Shown: positions 62,503 to 64,000 of the stretch, one piece after another | Numbering within the stretch: the first letter of the stretch is position 1 | How the letters are laid out: each line of letters begins with the position of its first letter | Position numbers and translations under genes: made by a program | Source of the DNA: Candidatus Sungiibacteriota bacterium | GTDB lineage: Bacteria > Patescibacteriota > Minisyncoccia > Sungbacterales > HO2-52-23 | DNA length: 64,000 nucleotides | Direction of reading: 5' to 3' | NCBI GenBank assembly: GCA_016181585.1 | Contig: JACOYX010000016.1 | Span: 32,467-96,466, forward strand | Notes under the pieces: generated by a model | The model's input: only the letters and a program-made list of their open reading frames with translations | What the model was told of the DNA's origin: nothing | The model's database searches: none

Positions 62503-63792
62503 TTAAAGTCCGCTGATATATGCCACTCGATAAATAACTCCCGCTTTGTCGTCTGAAATATATAATACTCCGCCGGGGAGCGCCAAAATATCCGCCGGCC
62601 TGCCAAGCGCGGCTTCAGAAGCCTGTGCAGGCAATGGCAATCCTCTTCCCGCCACCAGCCAGCCGGTAATAAAGTCTGTAGGATTTTGACCTTTGTCCCC
62701 TGCCAAATTACCATCGGGATCGAGCTTGTACCGCACCACTTTATATCCCGTGGGTATATTGCGATTCCAAGATCCGTGGTATGCCACCAAAAGATTATGC
62801 CAATACTCTTCCGGCCAACCCTCTTCCGGTATAAACGCAAGCCCCAGCGGCGCGGAATGTGCGGGAATATCGATATGGCTTGGCATTTCAAAAGGCTCCA
62901 TACAAGGAGCGCGGATATAGATATTTTTATCGTATTCGGTATCGTGAATATTTTTCCCGAAGCACGTCGGCCAGCCGTAATTTTTCCCCTCTTCCAGAAT
63001 ATTAATTTCATCAGGCGGCAAGTTGTCTCCCAAAAGATCACGCCCCATTTCCGTAGCCCACACTTTCCCGTCAATAGGCCGCTGGGCCATAAATACAGCA
63101 TTGCGAAGACCGAAAGCAAATGTCTCCATTCCCGTACCATCAGTATTCATTACTAATATTTTTGCACGCCGCTCGTCATCCTCGGTGCAGGCATTACAGC
63201 TTGATCCGACAGAAACAAGAAGTTTATCCCCTTCGGGCGGGGTAAGGACCAGAAGAGAACGTGTTATGTGGTTGCCGCCGGATGGCAGATCGGCAATTTT
63301 TCTTTTATTCCCCGCCTTCATATCGGTCGAATTATAATCATACGCATTCACGCGATCAGTTTCGGCGACAAAAAGCGTGCATTGCGGCGTGTCTCCGCAT
63401 CGAAGCGCAAGACCATGAGGTTTATTCAAACCGGCAAGCACATTTACCACCGCATCCGCCGTCCCATCGCGATCATTGTCCGGAAGCGCCACCACCTTCC
63501 CTTCCTGTGGCACACTCACGAGCATGTGTCCTGCCGCATCCTGCATAAGCACGCGCGGGCCATTGAGGTCTTTGGCGAAAATAGAAATCGAAAATTCGCG
63601 CGGAATATTCAGCGGCATAGCGGTTGTATTTTGCCGGATTTTTTTCGCATTTTCGATCAATTTTGCGATATCGTCGGGGCTTCCCTGCAATGCCGGCCCA
63701 ATTCCGCGCAAATTTTCCCAATAAAAAGACACTCCGTAAAAACCAAGAAAGAAAACAATTAATATAAAAAATATCCAATATGATTTTCCCAT
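62503..63792 (-). CDS. PQQ-dependent sugar (glucose/sorbosone) dehydrogenase-family beta-propeller, signal-anchored
   Basis: EGKNYGWPTCFG motif plus repeated propeller-like blades. ATG 63792 precedes a TM helix. Confidence 0.75.
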   Translation of the reverse strand: MGKSYWIFFILIVFFLGFYGVSFYWENLRGIGPALQGSPDDIAKLIENAKKIRQNTTAMPLNIPREFSISIFAKDLNGPRVLMQDAAGHMLVSVPQEGKVVALPDNDRDGTADAVVNVLAGLNKPHGLALRCGDTPQCTLFVAETDRVNAYDYNSTDMKAGNKRKIADLPSGGNHITRSLLVLTPPEGDKLLVSVGSSCNACTEDDERRAKILVMNTDGTGMETFAFGLRNAVFMAQRPIDGKVWATEMGRDLLGDNLPPDEINILEEGKNYGWPTCFGKNIHDTEYDKNIYIRAPCMEPFEMPSHIDIPAHSAPLGLAFIPEEGWPEEYWHNLLVAYHGSWNRNIPTGYKVVRYKLDPDGNLAGDKGQNPTDFITGWLVAGRGLPLPAQASEAALGRPADILALPGGVLYISDDKAGVIYRVAYISGL

Positions 63793-64000
63793 AAATGTGC
63801 TAGACTTGTTCCCTAGTAATCTTTCTACTGCAATTTCCTTATTTCGGCTGCGACTTTGCAAAAATTATTCAACAGATACGCTGTATATGCTTCATAATTT
63901 TTAGCAACACTCGCACGAAGCAGTGAAATTTCGTAACGAATGTTACTGGGGAGCAAGTCTACCTCTAATAATCTATCACATATTGAACCAATATTAAAGT

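Noticed and set aside
62490-63140. 216-aa minus-strand ORF and the plus-strand ORFs at 62686-63762
   Set aside because: They overlap the PQQ-dependent dehydrogenase gene in other frames. The dehydrogenase frame carries the recognisable motifs.
1-64000. CRISPR arrays, tRNA, rRNA, tmRNA and RNase P genes
   Set aside because: The repeats present are palindromic and dispersed, not regularly spaced direct repeats with unique spacers. By eye I saw no tRNA T-loop/acceptor patterns or rRNA-like conserved stretches. tRNAscan/Infernal should be run to confirm.

Overview
The window reads as a compact bacterial chromosome segment of roughly 43-45% GC using the standard genetic code; TAA, TAG and TGA all end confident genes. 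I call about 70 protein genes. I found no rRNA, tRNA or CRISPR array by eye. Recognisable content:
- Housekeeping genes: rpmA, rplI, pyrG, gltX, def-fmt, murD-ftsW-murG, murC, an S41 protease, an M23 peptidase and an ABC-2 exporter.
- A self-contained NAD(P) salvage island at 13.4-22.1 kb: NadR-type NMNAT, pncA, a NadD-NadK fusion, pncB, a histidine phosphatase, a Prs-like enzyme and nadE.
- A copper/thiol-redox island at 23.8-31.7 kb: a Trx-like protein, a CcdA fusion, a cupredoxin, copA and copZ. It is split by an AT-rich IS200/RayT-type HUH transposase flanked by hairpins.
- A MurL-like PP-loop gene overlapping murD.

The main candidate for an undescribed system is an eight-gene, two-operon locus at 1.1-11.3 kb. 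It is built around a classic-clade AAA+ ATPase. The other members are a 447-aa coiled-coil protein, two orphan soluble proteins and four membrane proteins, the last two being TPM-like and LemA-like. None of these matches a characterised system I recognise.

The intergenic regions are unusually rich in several families of long palindromic MITE/REP-like repeats. Some share a TTTCGTNACGAAA core, and they generate spurious ORFs in the supplied track. The gene content (salvage pathways, tight packing, many orphan membrane proteins) fits a reduced-genome uncultivated bacterium, possibly CPR/Patescibacteria. That placement is inference only.
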